From: a virus
Taxonomy: Duplodnaviria > Caudoviricetes
IMG/VR virus record: IMGVR_UViG_3300028287_000004
Coordinates: 1-58,576 of that record
Reading direction: 5' to 3' (one strand)
Length of the DNA stretch: 58,576 bases
The translations under genes and the position numbers were made by a program. Below the pieces are notes generated by a model. The model saw nothing but the letters and a program-made list of their open reading frames with translations, ran no database searches and was not told the origin of the DNA. Position 1 is the first letter of the stretch, and each line of letters starts with the position of its first letter. Below are positions 38,681 through 48,893 of the stretch, one piece after another.

Positions 38681-41335
38681 ATGGCGACATTAGTATCCCC
38701 AGGTGTATCAGTAATGGTAGTTGACGAGTCACAGTACGCGGCAGCAACCCAAGGTACCCTACCGTTAGTTGTAGTAGCAACAGCGGCAAACAAAACAGAC
38801 GCATCAGGCTCAGCAATCGCAGCCGGAACAATCCCAGCTAACGCTGGCGTTGCGTATCTTGTTTCTTCACAGCGAGAACTAGTTGAAACTTTTGGTGAAC
38901 CAAAGTTTTATGAAGTAGGTGGTTCAGTTGTGCAAGGATCAGAAACAAGTGAATATGGTCTTTTAGCAGCATATCAATATCTAGGCGTATCTAACAACGC
39001 TTATGTTATTCGTGCAGACATGGATCTATCACAATTAGAAGCATCATCAAATGAACCGGCAGGTTTGCTAACAGGCGGCACATATTGGCATGATACAGAC
39101 TCATCAGTATTTGGTCTATTCAAACATGATGGCACAGATTGGGTAGCAGCAAACCCAGTAATTTTAAATGATGAACCAGGCACGGGTAATGTAGAAAGCA
39201 TTAATGCATCAGGTTATGCATCACCAACAAACACATTTGGTTCAACAGGTGACTTTGCAGTTGTAACATCAACAGCACGTATCACATATTGGTCAAAAGT
39301 GGGCGTTAACTGGGTTCTACTAGGTGACATTGGTTCACCTAACTTCTCATTTGCTAAATTTGCACCAACAGGCGCATCAGGCGACACATATGTTCGTCTA
39401 ACTCAACAGGGCGGCGGTCTTGACCTAGCAGTAGCGGCATACAATGCAGCATCAGGTCTATTCCAAGCAGTTGAAGCACCAGCATATGGTTCAGATGATC
39501 TAGCATTAGCAGACTTAATTACAGAAGGTGATGTATATACACATCACGATTCATCACTAGGTATCATTCAACTACGCCGTCATAGTGGCGCAACTGAAAA
39601 CGTACTAACAAGTGATGCAATTGCAGACACTTCATCAATCACAACAGTTTTCAATCTAGCAGGTTCAGGTTTCTCATTCTCAGGCGCAACGCTTGATAAC
39701 GTAATCTCAACAATGCAATCAGACACAACACTGAACAATGCGAATGTGCGTGTTGAAAAAATCGGTAACAACCGTGTGCGTTTCACTAAAACTGATGGCA
39801 AGTGGCTATCACTATCATTCACATCAGGTCAAACTGATCTAGGTTTCACAGAAGCAGAAAATACTGCATCAGTATGGGAAGACCTATCATACGAAGCATC
39901 AGCAGAACAACCAAAAGGCGATATCGCTGAAGGTACACTATGGTTCGATGCAGACCTAAAAATTGAAATTCTGCGCAACGAATTCAATGGTTCTGAAATG
40001 GAATGGACAGCATACGCATGGTCAGAAGACTCAAACGGTCTAAGCCAAGCAGAACTGCAACTACGTTCAGGTATGCCAACAAAGCGTAAAGACGGTACAT
40101 CAGCACTAGTAGCTGGTGATATCTGGGTAGATGGCGATGCAATGCCATACCCAACAGTATATCGTTGGAACGGTTCAGAGTGGGTTAAACTAGACAATGC
40201 AGACCAATCATCAACGAACGGTCTTGTATTCGGTCACTACTCAAACGAAGCACCATTCGATGCAAACGGCGCAGCAAATGCACGTACATCACACGCAGAT
40301 GCTCCAAACGCAGAACTACACCCAGAAAACATCATGTTAGTAAACATGGACTACTCAACATACAACGTTAAGCGTTGGGAAAATGGCGAGTGGGTATGGG
40401 CATCAGGTCTAAACCTAGATGGTTCAGGTCGTTTTGGCTCAGAAGCAACACGTGGTATGATTGTAGAAGCAATGCAAGCAGCAGTAGCAGGCAACGATGG
40501 TATTCGTTCAGAAGCAACATATTTTAATCTAATTGCAGCACCTGGTTACCCAGAGCTAATGGACGAAATGATTGCTCTTAACAAAGATAAAAAAGAAATC
40601 GCATTCGTAATTGGTGATGCTCCGCTAACACTGAAGGCAGACTCGACATCAATGAAAGCATGGGCAGATTCAAATCTTCCAGCAGATGCATATGCAGGTG
40701 TTTATTACCCACACGGTCTATCAACAGACTTGTCAGGTAACGATGTTGTAATCCCAGCATCAGCAGTTGCACTACGCACATTTGCTTTCTCAGACCAAGT
40801 GTCATTCCCATGGTTTGCGCCAGCAGGTCTAACACGCGGTGTTGTATCAAATGCTTCACAAGTAGGTTATATAACAGACGAAAACGAATTCTCACGTGTA
40901 CGTCTAACAGAAGGTCAACGTGACGTTCTATACATGAACAGAATGAACCCAATTGCAGACATGCCAGGTACAGGTCTAGTAGTATATGGTCAGAAAACAC
41001 TTCAGTCATATGCATCAGCAACAGACCGTGTTAACGTAGCACGTCTAATTAACTACATGCGTTTCAATCTTGACCAACTATCACGTGGTTTCTTATTCGA
41101 ACAGAATGATAAAATCACACGTGATAACATGCGTGATGCAGTAGAACGTTTCTGTTCAGGTCTTGTTATTAATCGCGGTCTATACGACTTCCTAGTAGTA
41201 TGTGACGAAACAAATAACACACCAGCACGTATCGATAGAAACGAACTATGGGTAGATGTTGCAATTCAGCCAGCGAAATCAGTTGAATTCATCTATATTC
41301 CACTACGTATTCGTAACACAGGCGAAGCACTATAA
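38681..41335 (+). CDS. Tail sheath protein, T4 gp18-like
   Basis: LVSPGVSV, PWFAPAGLTRG, YGQKTL, DRVNVARL, VCDETNNTP; CATAAATA at 38635. Confidence 0.95.
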   Translation: MATLVSPGVSVMVVDESQYAAATQGTLPLVVVATAANKTDASGSAIAAGTIPANAGVAYLVSSQRELVETFGEPKFYEVGGSVVQGSETSEYGLLAAYQYLGVSNNAYVIRADMDLSQLEASSNEPAGLLTGGTYWHDTDSSVFGLFKHDGTDWVAANPVILNDEPGTGNVESINASGYASPTNTFGSTGDFAVVTSTARITYWSKVGVNWVLLGDIGSPNFSFAKFAPTGASGDTYVRLTQQGGGLDLAVAAYNAASGLFQAVEAPAYGSDDLALADLITEGDVYTHHDSSLGIIQLRRHSGATENVLTSDAIADTSSITTVFNLAGSGFSFSGATLDNVISTMQSDTTLNNANVRVEKIGNNRVRFTKTDGKWLSLSFTSGQTDLGFTEAENTASVWEDLSYEASAEQPKGDIAEGTLWFDADLKIEILRNEFNGSEMEWTAYAWSEDSNGLSQAELQLRSGMPTKRKDGTSALVAGDIWVDGDAMPYPTVYRWNGSEWVKLDNADQSSTNGLVFGHYSNEAPFDANGAANARTSHADAPNAELHPENIMLVNMDYSTYNVKRWENGEWVWASGLNLDGSGRFGSEATRGMIVEAMQAAVAGNDGIRSEATYFNLIAAPGYPELMDEMIALNKDKKEIAFVIGDAPLTLKADSTSMKAWADSNLPADAYAGVYYPHGLSTDLSGNDVVIPASAVALRTFAFSDQVSFPWFAPAGLTRGVVSNASQVGYITDENEFSRVRLTEGQRDVLYMNRMNPIADMPGTGLVVYGQKTLQSYASATDRVNVARLINYMRFNLDQLSRGFLFEQNDKITRDNMRDAVERFCSGLVINRGLYDFLVVCDETNNTPARIDRNELWVDVAIQPAKSVEFIYIPLRIRNTGEAL

Positions 41336-41360
41336 TATAGTTCTTTAATAAACAAACAAG

Positions 41361-41386
41361 AAACCCCGCTTTATGCGGGGTTTTTT
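41361..41386 (+). terminator. Intrinsic terminator
   Basis: AAACCCCGC-TTTAT-GCGGGGTTT followed by a T run. Confidence 0.85.
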
Positions 41387-41470
41387 ATTAACTACAACTT
41401 TAATTTAGTACATATTAGATAAATACTTGTATAACACTATAGTTTATAACTATTTTCAGGAGATAAGAGA

Positions 41471-42076
41471 ATGTCAACACTAAACAAATTCGGTGTACCA
41501 CTAGATTCAACAGGTACAGGCACAGGTATCCTACAACCAAAACTAAACTATCGTTTTCGTGTTGTAGTAACAGGTTTCGGTGGTGCAACAAACCCAGCAC
41601 CACAAGAGTTTACACGTCAGGTAATGAATGTAACACGTCCAAAAGTTTCACACGAGTCAATCCCAGTAGATTCATACAACTCACGTATGTACATGATGGG
41701 CAAGCACACATGGGAACCAGTAACAGTTACACTACGCGACGATGTAGCAAACAATCTAACAAAGCTAGTTGGTCGTCAACTACAGACACAGCTAAACCAC
41801 AAAGAACAAACTGGTCCAGCATCAGGTTCAAATTATAAGTTCGGTATGCTAATTGAAACACTAGATGGTAACTCAGGTGCACCAATCGAACAGTGGCAGT
41901 TAGAAGGCTGTTTCCTAACAAATACAGATTATTCACAGTCAGATTACTCAGTTTCAGATCCAGTAACTATTTCGCTTACTCTACAGTATGATAACGCAGT
42001 ATTCACAGATGACAACATTATGCCAGTAACTAACCAGTTCACAGGCGGCATCGGCAGTGGTTCTCTAGGCGAATAA
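41471..42076 (+). CDS. Tail tube protein, gp19-like
   Basis: YRFRV, GKHTWEPVTVTLRDD, WQLEGCF, LTLQYD; follows the sheath; GATAAATA at 41418. Confidence 0.9.
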   Translation: MSTLNKFGVPLDSTGTGTGILQPKLNYRFRVVVTGFGGATNPAPQEFTRQVMNVTRPKVSHESIPVDSYNSRMYMMGKHTWEPVTVTLRDDVANNLTKLVGRQLQTQLNHKEQTGPASGSNYKFGMLIETLDGNSGAPIEQWQLEGCFLTNTDYSQSDYSVSDPVTISLTLQYDNAVFTDDNIMPVTNQFTGGIGSGSLGE

Positions 42077-42097
42077 TAGTAACCTAAGGTTTAAATA

Positions 42098-43204
42098 ATG
42101 GCTGATATAATCAGAGATAGCAGCGGAGCTAGACAGAAATTCGGATTTGGTGGGGAACCAGGATCTGCAATTTCGTCTGCTCCAAAGCTAACCAATCAAT
42201 GGTTCTTAGAATTTAAGACAACAGATGGAAAAAATGCAGAAGAATATTCTGCGTATGCTAAATCTGTATCTCCGATTACTATTCAAACACAAACACAACC
42301 AATCGATAAGTACGGTAGACGCATTTATGTACCAACACGTGTTGAATTTCCAGAAGTGAGTGTATCTCTATATGATAAAGTAGACGGCTCTACAATGAGT
42401 TTCGCACAGGAACTATATAAACGCTACTTTAAAAATCAAGACATGAATGTTGATACCGGACTTGCAAATGAATTAAATTCTACTACAAATTCTGGTAGAA
42501 AAATAGTAGACGCAGATTATGCATTCAGAAGTTTTTCATCTGTTACAATCTATCACTGGTTCGGCGATCAGAAGAACGGTGGTCATGCACAACGCATTGT
42601 TCTTGTTAATCCAGTAATTACATCTATTACATTTTCTAATAGTGATTACGCAGTTAGCGAAGCCAGAGTTATTGACATAACACTACAACCAGAGAATGTA
42701 GTATTTGGTGCTATGGAAACTGAAGCAGCAATTCCAAACTGGATGAATTTGGGTATTAGCTCTGAACAACAGGCAACTTCACTAGCTACTGATCCACTAG
42801 CGGGCGCAGATGATACTAAACAGCAAGGAGCCGACCTGTATACACTGCCTAGGTCTATTGGCACACAAGATCCTGATGTTAGGCCTGCACAACCAGTAAC
42901 ACAAACACAAAGCGAAAATTATGTAACAATAGGCGGCGAGAAATATATTCCTGGGCAGTCAATGACTGAAAACCAAGTTGCCGCAACTGAAGTTAGAATT
43001 GCAATGGGCAATGAAGTGTCTGGACAGGAATTAAAAGATTATAATACTGGTAAAGCAAGACGTGATGCACGAATAGAAGAAGATAACCGACTTCTCAATA
43101 CAGATCCCAGAACTTTAGGTGCTACAGACCAGGAACGTAGAAAAAAAGCGGCACAACAAAGACGTGTAAATGAAATAAACAAAAATAAGTATCCGGATTT
43201 TTAA
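42098..43204 (+). CDS. Tube-fold baseplate/tail tube initiator (gp54/gp48-like)
   Basis: N-terminal ~200 aa with tube-like pattern (V.FPEVSVSLYD, LVNPVITSI.F...DY). Confidence 0.6.
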   Translation: MADIIRDSSGARQKFGFGGEPGSAISSAPKLTNQWFLEFKTTDGKNAEEYSAYAKSVSPITIQTQTQPIDKYGRRIYVPTRVEFPEVSVSLYDKVDGSTMSFAQELYKRYFKNQDMNVDTGLANELNSTTNSGRKIVDADYAFRSFSSVTIYHWFGDQKNGGHAQRIVLVNPVITSITFSNSDYAVSEARVIDITLQPENVVFGAMETEAAIPNWMNLGISSEQQATSLATDPLAGADDTKQQGADLYTLPRSIGTQDPDVRPAQPVTQTQSENYVTIGGEKYIPGQSMTENQVAATEVRIAMGNEVSGQELKDYNTGKARRDARIEEDNRLLNTDPRTLGATDQERRKKAAQQRRVNEINKNKYPDF

Positions 43205-43206
43205 CA

Positions 43207-43470
43207 ATGAACATTGATATTATTGTAGCTCAGTTAGTTAAAAAAGGTTTCACAGAATCACGTGCAAAGAAACATGCAGGTGAAATAATACGTGTGGCGA
43301 AACAATATAACGTTACGCCAGCATACTTGATAGATCAACTATCAAACGAATTCAAATTGAACGATTTAGGTTCATTCTTAATTAATAGCGCATTGCGATT
43401 TGGTTATAAAACTGGCACAACGTCCGGATCTGAACCTAATAAATACATCGCAAGAGCTATTATTAAATGA
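43207..43470 (+). CDS. Hypothetical protein
   Basis: 87 aa, translationally coupled to the next gene. Confidence 0.7.
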   Translation: MNIDIIVAQLVKKGFTESRAKKHAGEIIRVAKQYNVTPAYLIDQLSNEFKLNDLGSFLINSALRFGYKTGTTSGSEPNKYIARAIIK

Positions 43471-43928
43471 GTAAATATCACCAAGGTAAATATAAAGTAA
43501 TGAACCCTGACAAATATGCAGGGGCAGGTGCTCCTACATTTAGGAGTAGCTGGGAATTAACCTTCATGCAGTTTTGTGATAACAACCCTAATGTCTTAGC
43601 ATGGGCAAGTGAACCAGTAAGAATTACATACAAGCATCCTATAACTGGTAAGTTAACATCTTACGTTCCAGACTTTATTATGACATACTTAGATAGTAGC
43701 GGTAAGAAACATGCAGAATTAATAGAGATTAAACCTGCAGCACAGAGTAGACCCGATCTTGCACGAAAACGCGGAGAAGCACAACAAGTAGTAGTGAACT
43801 ATGCGAAGTGGGAAGCAGCAACAAAATGGGCAAATAAACGTGGCATGCGATTTAGAGTTATCAATGAAGGCGACATTTATCAGAACACTAAAAAGCCTAA
43901 GCCAAAAACGCCGAGGAAGAAGAAATGA
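43467..43928 (+). CDS. Head completion nuclease, T4 gp4-like (TnsA-like fold)
   Basis: NPDKY.G, FRSSWE..FM.FCD.NP, WASE, YVPDF, IEIKP, AKWEAA. Confidence 0.9.
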   Translation: MSKYHQGKYKVMNPDKYAGAGAPTFRSSWELTFMQFCDNNPNVLAWASEPVRITYKHPITGKLTSYVPDFIMTYLDSSGKKHAELIEIKPAAQSRPDLARKRGEAQQVVVNYAKWEAATKWANKRGMRFRVINEGDIYQNTKKPKPKTPRKKK

Positions 43929-44446
43929 CAAAGAAATTAGAAGAAACATTTAATATTAACCCAATCGAAGAAGAAGAAAAAGTTGAAGAAACTCCTACTA
44001 TTGAAGAAAGTAGAGACTTAACTGAAATCTTATCAACTGAGATTAGCACAACGGAAAAGATTGATGCATCACTTCCATTGGTTCAAGGGCTAAATGAGCA
44101 TGACAAGGACATGGATGATATTCATCAGAAAGCTATCAGTACATTCGAAGAATTGATTTCATTAGGGATGAATGTAGAAGTACATGCAGGCGCAAAGCTA
44201 ATGGAAACAGCAAATCAAATGCTAAAGACTGCAATGGAAGCTAAAGATAGTAAAGTAGATAGAAAGCTAAAGATGCTAAATCTACAATTACAAAAAGCAA
44301 AACTTGATTTAGCACAAGATAAAGAAGATAAAAAGTCTAAAATTGATGATGAAATTGAATCTGAAGGTTCGGTAGTATTAGATCGTAATGAATTATTAAA
44401 ACGACTGAACCGTGCCCAAGATAAAATTGACGATTCTGATAAATAA
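43925..44446 (+). CDS. Possible terminase small subunit (gp16-like)
   Basis: Helical core plus GSVVLDRNELLK C-terminus; upstream of the large terminase; weak motif recall. Confidence 0.45.
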   Translation: MTKKLEETFNINPIEEEEKVEETPTIEESRDLTEILSTEISTTEKIDASLPLVQGLNEHDKDMDDIHQKAISTFEELISLGMNVEVHAGAKLMETANQMLKTAMEAKDSKVDRKLKMLNLQLQKAKLDLAQDKEDKKSKIDDEIESEGSVVLDRNELLKRLNRAQDKIDDSDK

Positions 44447-44472
44447 GAATAGCACATATATTGGAGACACCA

Positions 44473-45054
44473 ATGAAAAGTTTTAAAGAATATTTAACAG
44501 AATCAGTTAATGAACACAAGATGACTCTACGTTTTGCATCAGAACTAGAAGACAATGATGTTAATCGTATTGAGCGTTTCTTAGGCAAGTATGACCTAAG
44601 AACTATCTCTAGCGTTTCAACAACACCAATTACAAAGAACCCAATGTTCTTTGATGATGTAGAAAATACAAAAGTTTCAAAAGTAGATATTACAACTGGC
44701 TATCCAATGTCAGCAGATATTCTACGTCAACAACTATCAGATTTACTTGAAATGAATATTACACATATCGCTGTACATCCAGAAGGCTGGGAACCAACAG
44801 AAGAAGTTGAAGAAGACGGCGACAAAAAAGCATTACTAGACACGCCAGAGTATGGTGATGAATCAGATAATGGCAAACATTATGGTCGTACTTTCGTTGA
44901 CAACTTCTTAAAGTCACTATCAAAGCGTGATGATCATGATAAAGTAGAAGTAGAAAATGCATTATCAGTGAAAGCTAAACGTGATAAAGCAGGTGACGTT
45001 ATGACTACTGAAGATACTGCAAGCGATTCAGTTATTTCAGGAGACGAAGAATGA
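44473..45054 (+). CDS. Hypothetical virion/internal head protein
   Basis: Starts MKSFKEYLTE after SD GGAG; GATAAATA at 44438. Confidence 0.7.
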   Translation: MKSFKEYLTESVNEHKMTLRFASELEDNDVNRIERFLGKYDLRTISSVSTTPITKNPMFFDDVENTKVSKVDITTGYPMSADILRQQLSDLLEMNITHIAVHPEGWEPTEEVEEDGDKKALLDTPEYGDESDNGKHYGRTFVDNFLKSLSKRDDHDKVEVENALSVKAKRDKAGDVMTTEDTASDSVISGDEE

Positions 45055-45455
45055 AAAAGCATTTCAATCTAACAACAACAGAAGACAACGGTAAAGCGAT
45101 TACTACAACCAACACAAGCACTGAGTATCCAGAAGAACTAGTTCGTATGCTTGCTCTTGCTGGTCAAGGTATGCCACAAGTAGCTCCTGCTCCAGTAGCA
45201 GATGATTGCGGATGTGGCGGATCGCCATGTGGCTGTGAAGAAGCAGTTGAAGAAGAAATGGAAACAGAATATCAAGCAACACCAGCAAATGATGAACTTT
45301 CTTTAAATGATTATTCAAAGAAGACAGCGAATTCTATTTCACGTCAAAAGAAAAGATTGAAGCCAAGTGCAGGTGATAACCCACTTGAGTATTCAATGAA
45401 TGAAGATGACATCTATGAAGCACTAATGGCAGACTTTGATCTAAATGTTGATTAA
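45051..45455 (+). CDS. Hypothetical acidic protein
   Basis: 134 aa, coupled to the previous gene; CGCGGSPCGC motif. Confidence 0.7.
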   Translation: MKKHFNLTTTEDNGKAITTTNTSTEYPEELVRMLALAGQGMPQVAPAPVADDCGCGGSPCGCEEAVEEEMETEYQATPANDELSLNDYSKKTANSISRQKKRLKPSAGDNPLEYSMNEDDIYEALMADFDLNVD

Positions 45456-45485
45456 TTAAACGCTCTACCGACTGAGCAGCCCTTA

Positions 45486-45511
45486 AAGAGCGTCCCAATG
45501 GGGCGCTTTTT
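45486..45511 (+). terminator. Intrinsic terminator
   Basis: AAGAGCGTCCC-AAT-GGGGCGCTTTTT. Confidence 0.7.
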
Positions 45512-45571
45512 TATTTGTATATATTGATAAATAAATAAAATAGTATTGTAAAACAAAATAGGAGTTATCAC

Positions 45572-47092
45572 ATGGCAAATAAATTCAGAGGCACGACTTG
45601 GAATAACGCAAGATTTGGCCCAAAAATACAAATAAGAAGGTCAATTGACTTGGCAGAACTAGGAGACTTTGGTGCAATAACTGAAAATTCATTAGATTTG
45701 CCTACACGTGGCGCTACGCATAGAAAATCAACCGGAGGATCAACATCTGCGACTCGCGGCTATACAGATTTACAAGGGTTATTTGATACAGTAGTAGACA
45801 ACCAAGATATGGGTGCGATTACAGATGCAACAACTACACATCGAATTTGGAGTTCAACGGGCGCAATCACAGATGTTGTAACATCTGCACCAACAGGTAT
45901 CCTTCCAGGTAGCGGAGGTTCATCGCAACCTGTTGTTATACCAATGTCTGACTTTTCAACAAATACATTAGAACATTCAATTACTAATCCAATGCCATCG
46001 GGGGGTTGGGCGCAGTTTGGTAGAACAACCGCAGTCAACGATTCATATGTGATTGTCGGTGCTCATGCAATTGATGAATTAGATCCTACTGCTAACGACT
46101 CAGGTAAGGCATACATTTATAACTTATCAGACGGTTCAGTGAAATATACACTGGATAATCCAAGTATGGTTGGAGGCGGAAGTTATGATAATTTTGGTAT
46201 GTCTGTAGGCATCAGTGACTCGTATGCGATTGTAGGTGCCTATAACGAGGAAGCCACCAACGTTAATAACGTTGGTGCAGCATACATTTATGACTTATCA
46301 GACGGTTCATTGAAATACTCACTTGCGAATCCGAATCCCCACCTTTGGGACAGTTTTGGTTGGACATCAGCGATCAGTGACTCGTATGCGGCAGTTGCTG
46401 CCAGTGACGATGATACACTAGCAAATAACGGAGGTAGTGTGTACGTCTATGATGTAACGGATGGTTCGCTACTGTATACAATCAATGGTAGTCATCAAAG
46501 TGGACAATTTGGGACAGGATTAGCAATCAATGGTTCATATATGCTTGTAGGTGAAGCTCATAATACCAGACGAAAAGCATATATTTATGACCTAACAGAT
46601 GGATCATTAGTGCATACATTTGATGATCCTGGATCATCAGGTAATACCCAATTTGGCTACGCACTGGCAATGACTGATACACATGCAATCATTTCGGCAT
46701 ACGGTGAAAACAATTCCATGGGTGTGGTATATATCTTTGACTTATCAGATAATTCATTGCTGTATACACTAGAGAACGCAAACTCTGCCAATAATCGATC
46801 TGCCTACTTCGGGCGAGCGGTGGCACTTAATGACTCATATGCAGTTGTAGGATCCCCAGGTGAAGACGTTAATGGAGTAGATCAAACAGGCCAAGCATAC
46901 GTCTTTGACTTATCAGATGGATCACTAGTAGATACTATAGATCACCCAGATGCAGTCGGCAATGCCCAAGGCGATAATTTTGGTTACTCAGTGTCAATCA
47001 ATAATACACACCTAGTTGTTGGTGTGTACAGAGAACAAGGCACCGACGGATCTGATGCTGCAGGATCAGTATATATTTTCTCTGGAGAATAA
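45572..47092 (+). CDS. FG-GAP-like beta-propeller virion protein
   Basis: About 7 blades FGxxVAxxxxxxxVGA...G.AYIYDLSDGSL; GATAAATA at 45526. Confidence 0.8.
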   Translation: MANKFRGTTWNNARFGPKIQIRRSIDLAELGDFGAITENSLDLPTRGATHRKSTGGSTSATRGYTDLQGLFDTVVDNQDMGAITDATTTHRIWSSTGAITDVVTSAPTGILPGSGGSSQPVVIPMSDFSTNTLEHSITNPMPSGGWAQFGRTTAVNDSYVIVGAHAIDELDPTANDSGKAYIYNLSDGSVKYTLDNPSMVGGGSYDNFGMSVGISDSYAIVGAYNEEATNVNNVGAAYIYDLSDGSLKYSLANPNPHLWDSFGWTSAISDSYAAVAASDDDTLANNGGSVYVYDVTDGSLLYTINGSHQSGQFGTGLAINGSYMLVGEAHNTRRKAYIYDLTDGSLVHTFDDPGSSGNTQFGYALAMTDTHAIISAYGENNSMGVVYIFDLSDNSLLYTLENANSANNRSAYFGRAVALNDSYAVVGSPGEDVNGVDQTGQAYVFDLSDGSLVDTIDHPDAVGNAQGDNFGYSVSINNTHLVVGVYREQGTDGSDAAGSVYIFSGE

Positions 47093-47130
47093 TATCGTAT
47101 TACGATATGCAGTAAAATAAAACAATATAA

Positions 47131-47158
47131 AAGCAGGGCTTTAACGCCCTGCTTTTTT
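47131..47158 (+). terminator. Intrinsic terminator
   Basis: AAGCAGGGC-TTTAAC-GCCCTGCTT followed by a T run. Confidence 0.8.
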
Positions 47159-47269
47159 ATGAGCTGCGCAAATACACACACTTGCGCAAAATTCATATCG
47201 TCTTTGCGTATTCAGCATTAGTGAACCATGATGGTTTTTAGTGTTATATTGATATTAACAAAAACAAAG

Positions 47270-47293
47270 AAAGCGGCAGCAATGCCGCTTTTT
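47270..47293 (+). terminator. Intrinsic terminator
   Basis: AAAGCGGCA-GCAA-TGCCGCTTT followed by a T run. Confidence 0.8.
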
Positions 47294-47336
47294 AATTTGC
47301 ATAAATACAATTAACTTAGAACTTAACGAGGGATAC

Positions 47337-48893
47337 ATGGCAGATTTAACAAAAAAAGCATATGCAAAGACTGAATATTCAGATGCACAGTTACTAGAAT
47401 TTAGTAACTGCTTTGATCCTTATTACTTTCTTAACAATTATTTTACAATCCAACATCCTACTAAAGGTAGTATGATATATAAAGCATATTCATATCAGGA
47501 TGAGTTAGTAAACTCATATCACAATTATCGCTATAGTATTTCAATGCTTGGACGCCAGATGGGTAAGTCTACCACAGCAGCTGGCTACTTGTTATGGTAT
47601 GGTATGTTTGTGCCTGACCAAACTATCCTTATTGCAGCACACAAATATTCAGGTGCGCAAGAAATTATGCATAGAATTAGATATGCATATGAATTATGTC
47701 CAGATCATATCAGATGTGGAGTTGTATCATATAACAAAGGATCTATTGAGTTCGACAATGGTTCACGTATCATTGCACAAGCTACTACAGAGAACACTGG
47801 GCGTGGTTTGTCTATCTCATTGCTTTATGCAGACGAATTTGCATTCGTAAGACCTACGATTGCTAAAGAATTCTGGACTTCTATCTCTCCTACACTTGCT
47901 ACAGGTGGTAAAGCGATTATCACATCTACACCAAACTTAGATGATGACCAATTTGCTCTTATTTGGCAAGGTGGACTAAAGACATTAGATGAGTATGGGA
48001 ACAAAACAGATGTTGGAGTGAACGGGTTTAGAGCATATAAAGCTATTTGGAATCAACACCCTGACAGAGATGACCAATGGGCATCCGAAGAAAAGGGACG
48101 TGTGGGGACTGAACGTTTTTTACGTGAACACGAATGTGAATTTGTCGCATTCGATGAAACTCTAGTAGATAGTATTAAGCTATCACAATTTAAAGGTATG
48201 GAACCTCTTAAAAAGACTGGGCAAGTACGTTGGTATGAACCAATTAAGAAAGATGCAACTTATGTTGTTGGTCTTGATCCTAGTATGGGAACTGGTGGCG
48301 ACAATGCGGCTATCCAAGTTTGGTCTTTACCAGAGATGAACCAAGTTGCAGAATGGATGCATAATAAAACTGATATGCGAGGGCAAGTTAGAATATTACA
48401 TGAGATGCTAACTGAAATAAGTGATGAGATGAAATCATTGGGGAATAAATCACCAGAGATATATTGGTCAGTTGAGAATAATACACTAGGAGAAGCTACT
48501 CTTATACTAATTGAAGAAATGGACGAAGATAAGTTTCCAGGAGAGTTTTTACACGAACCTGCGAAGCGAGGACATTCACGTTCTGTGCGTAAAGGATTTA
48601 CTACTACACATAAAAGTAAAATCACAGGTTGTATGAAGATGAAATCTTGGATTGAATCTGATAAGATGACACCACTAAGTAAAAACTTAATTAGAGAGTT
48701 CAAAACATTCGTTGCTAAAGGTAGAAGTTATGAAGCTAAATTAGGAGAGACTGATGACTTAGTATCAGCGACATTATTGTGCGTTAGGCAGATACAAGTC
48801 ATATCAAGGTTCGATGAGCAATATGAAAGTTTACTCGGTGAAAGTTTAGACGGCGAAGATGACTATGATCAACCACTTCCTGTAGTATTTTGA
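47337..48893 (+). CDS. Terminase large subunit, T4 gp17-like
   Basis: GRQMGKST Walker A, LLYADEFAFV Walker B, ITSTP, GLDPSMGTGGD, TDDLV; CATAAATA at 47300. Confidence 0.95.
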   Translation: MADLTKKAYAKTEYSDAQLLEFSNCFDPYYFLNNYFTIQHPTKGSMIYKAYSYQDELVNSYHNYRYSISMLGRQMGKSTTAAGYLLWYGMFVPDQTILIAAHKYSGAQEIMHRIRYAYELCPDHIRCGVVSYNKGSIEFDNGSRIIAQATTENTGRGLSISLLYADEFAFVRPTIAKEFWTSISPTLATGGKAIITSTPNLDDDQFALIWQGGLKTLDEYGNKTDVGVNGFRAYKAIWNQHPDRDDQWASEEKGRVGTERFLREHECEFVAFDETLVDSIKLSQFKGMEPLKKTGQVRWYEPIKKDATYVVGLDPSMGTGGDNAAIQVWSLPEMNQVAEWMHNKTDMRGQVRILHEMLTEISDEMKSLGNKSPEIYWSVENNTLGEATLILIEEMDEDKFPGEFLHEPAKRGHSRSVRKGFTTTHKSKITGCMKMKSWIESDKMTPLSKNLIREFKTFVAKGRSYEAKLGETDDLVSATLLCVRQIQVISRFDEQYESLLGESLDGEDDYDQPLPVVF

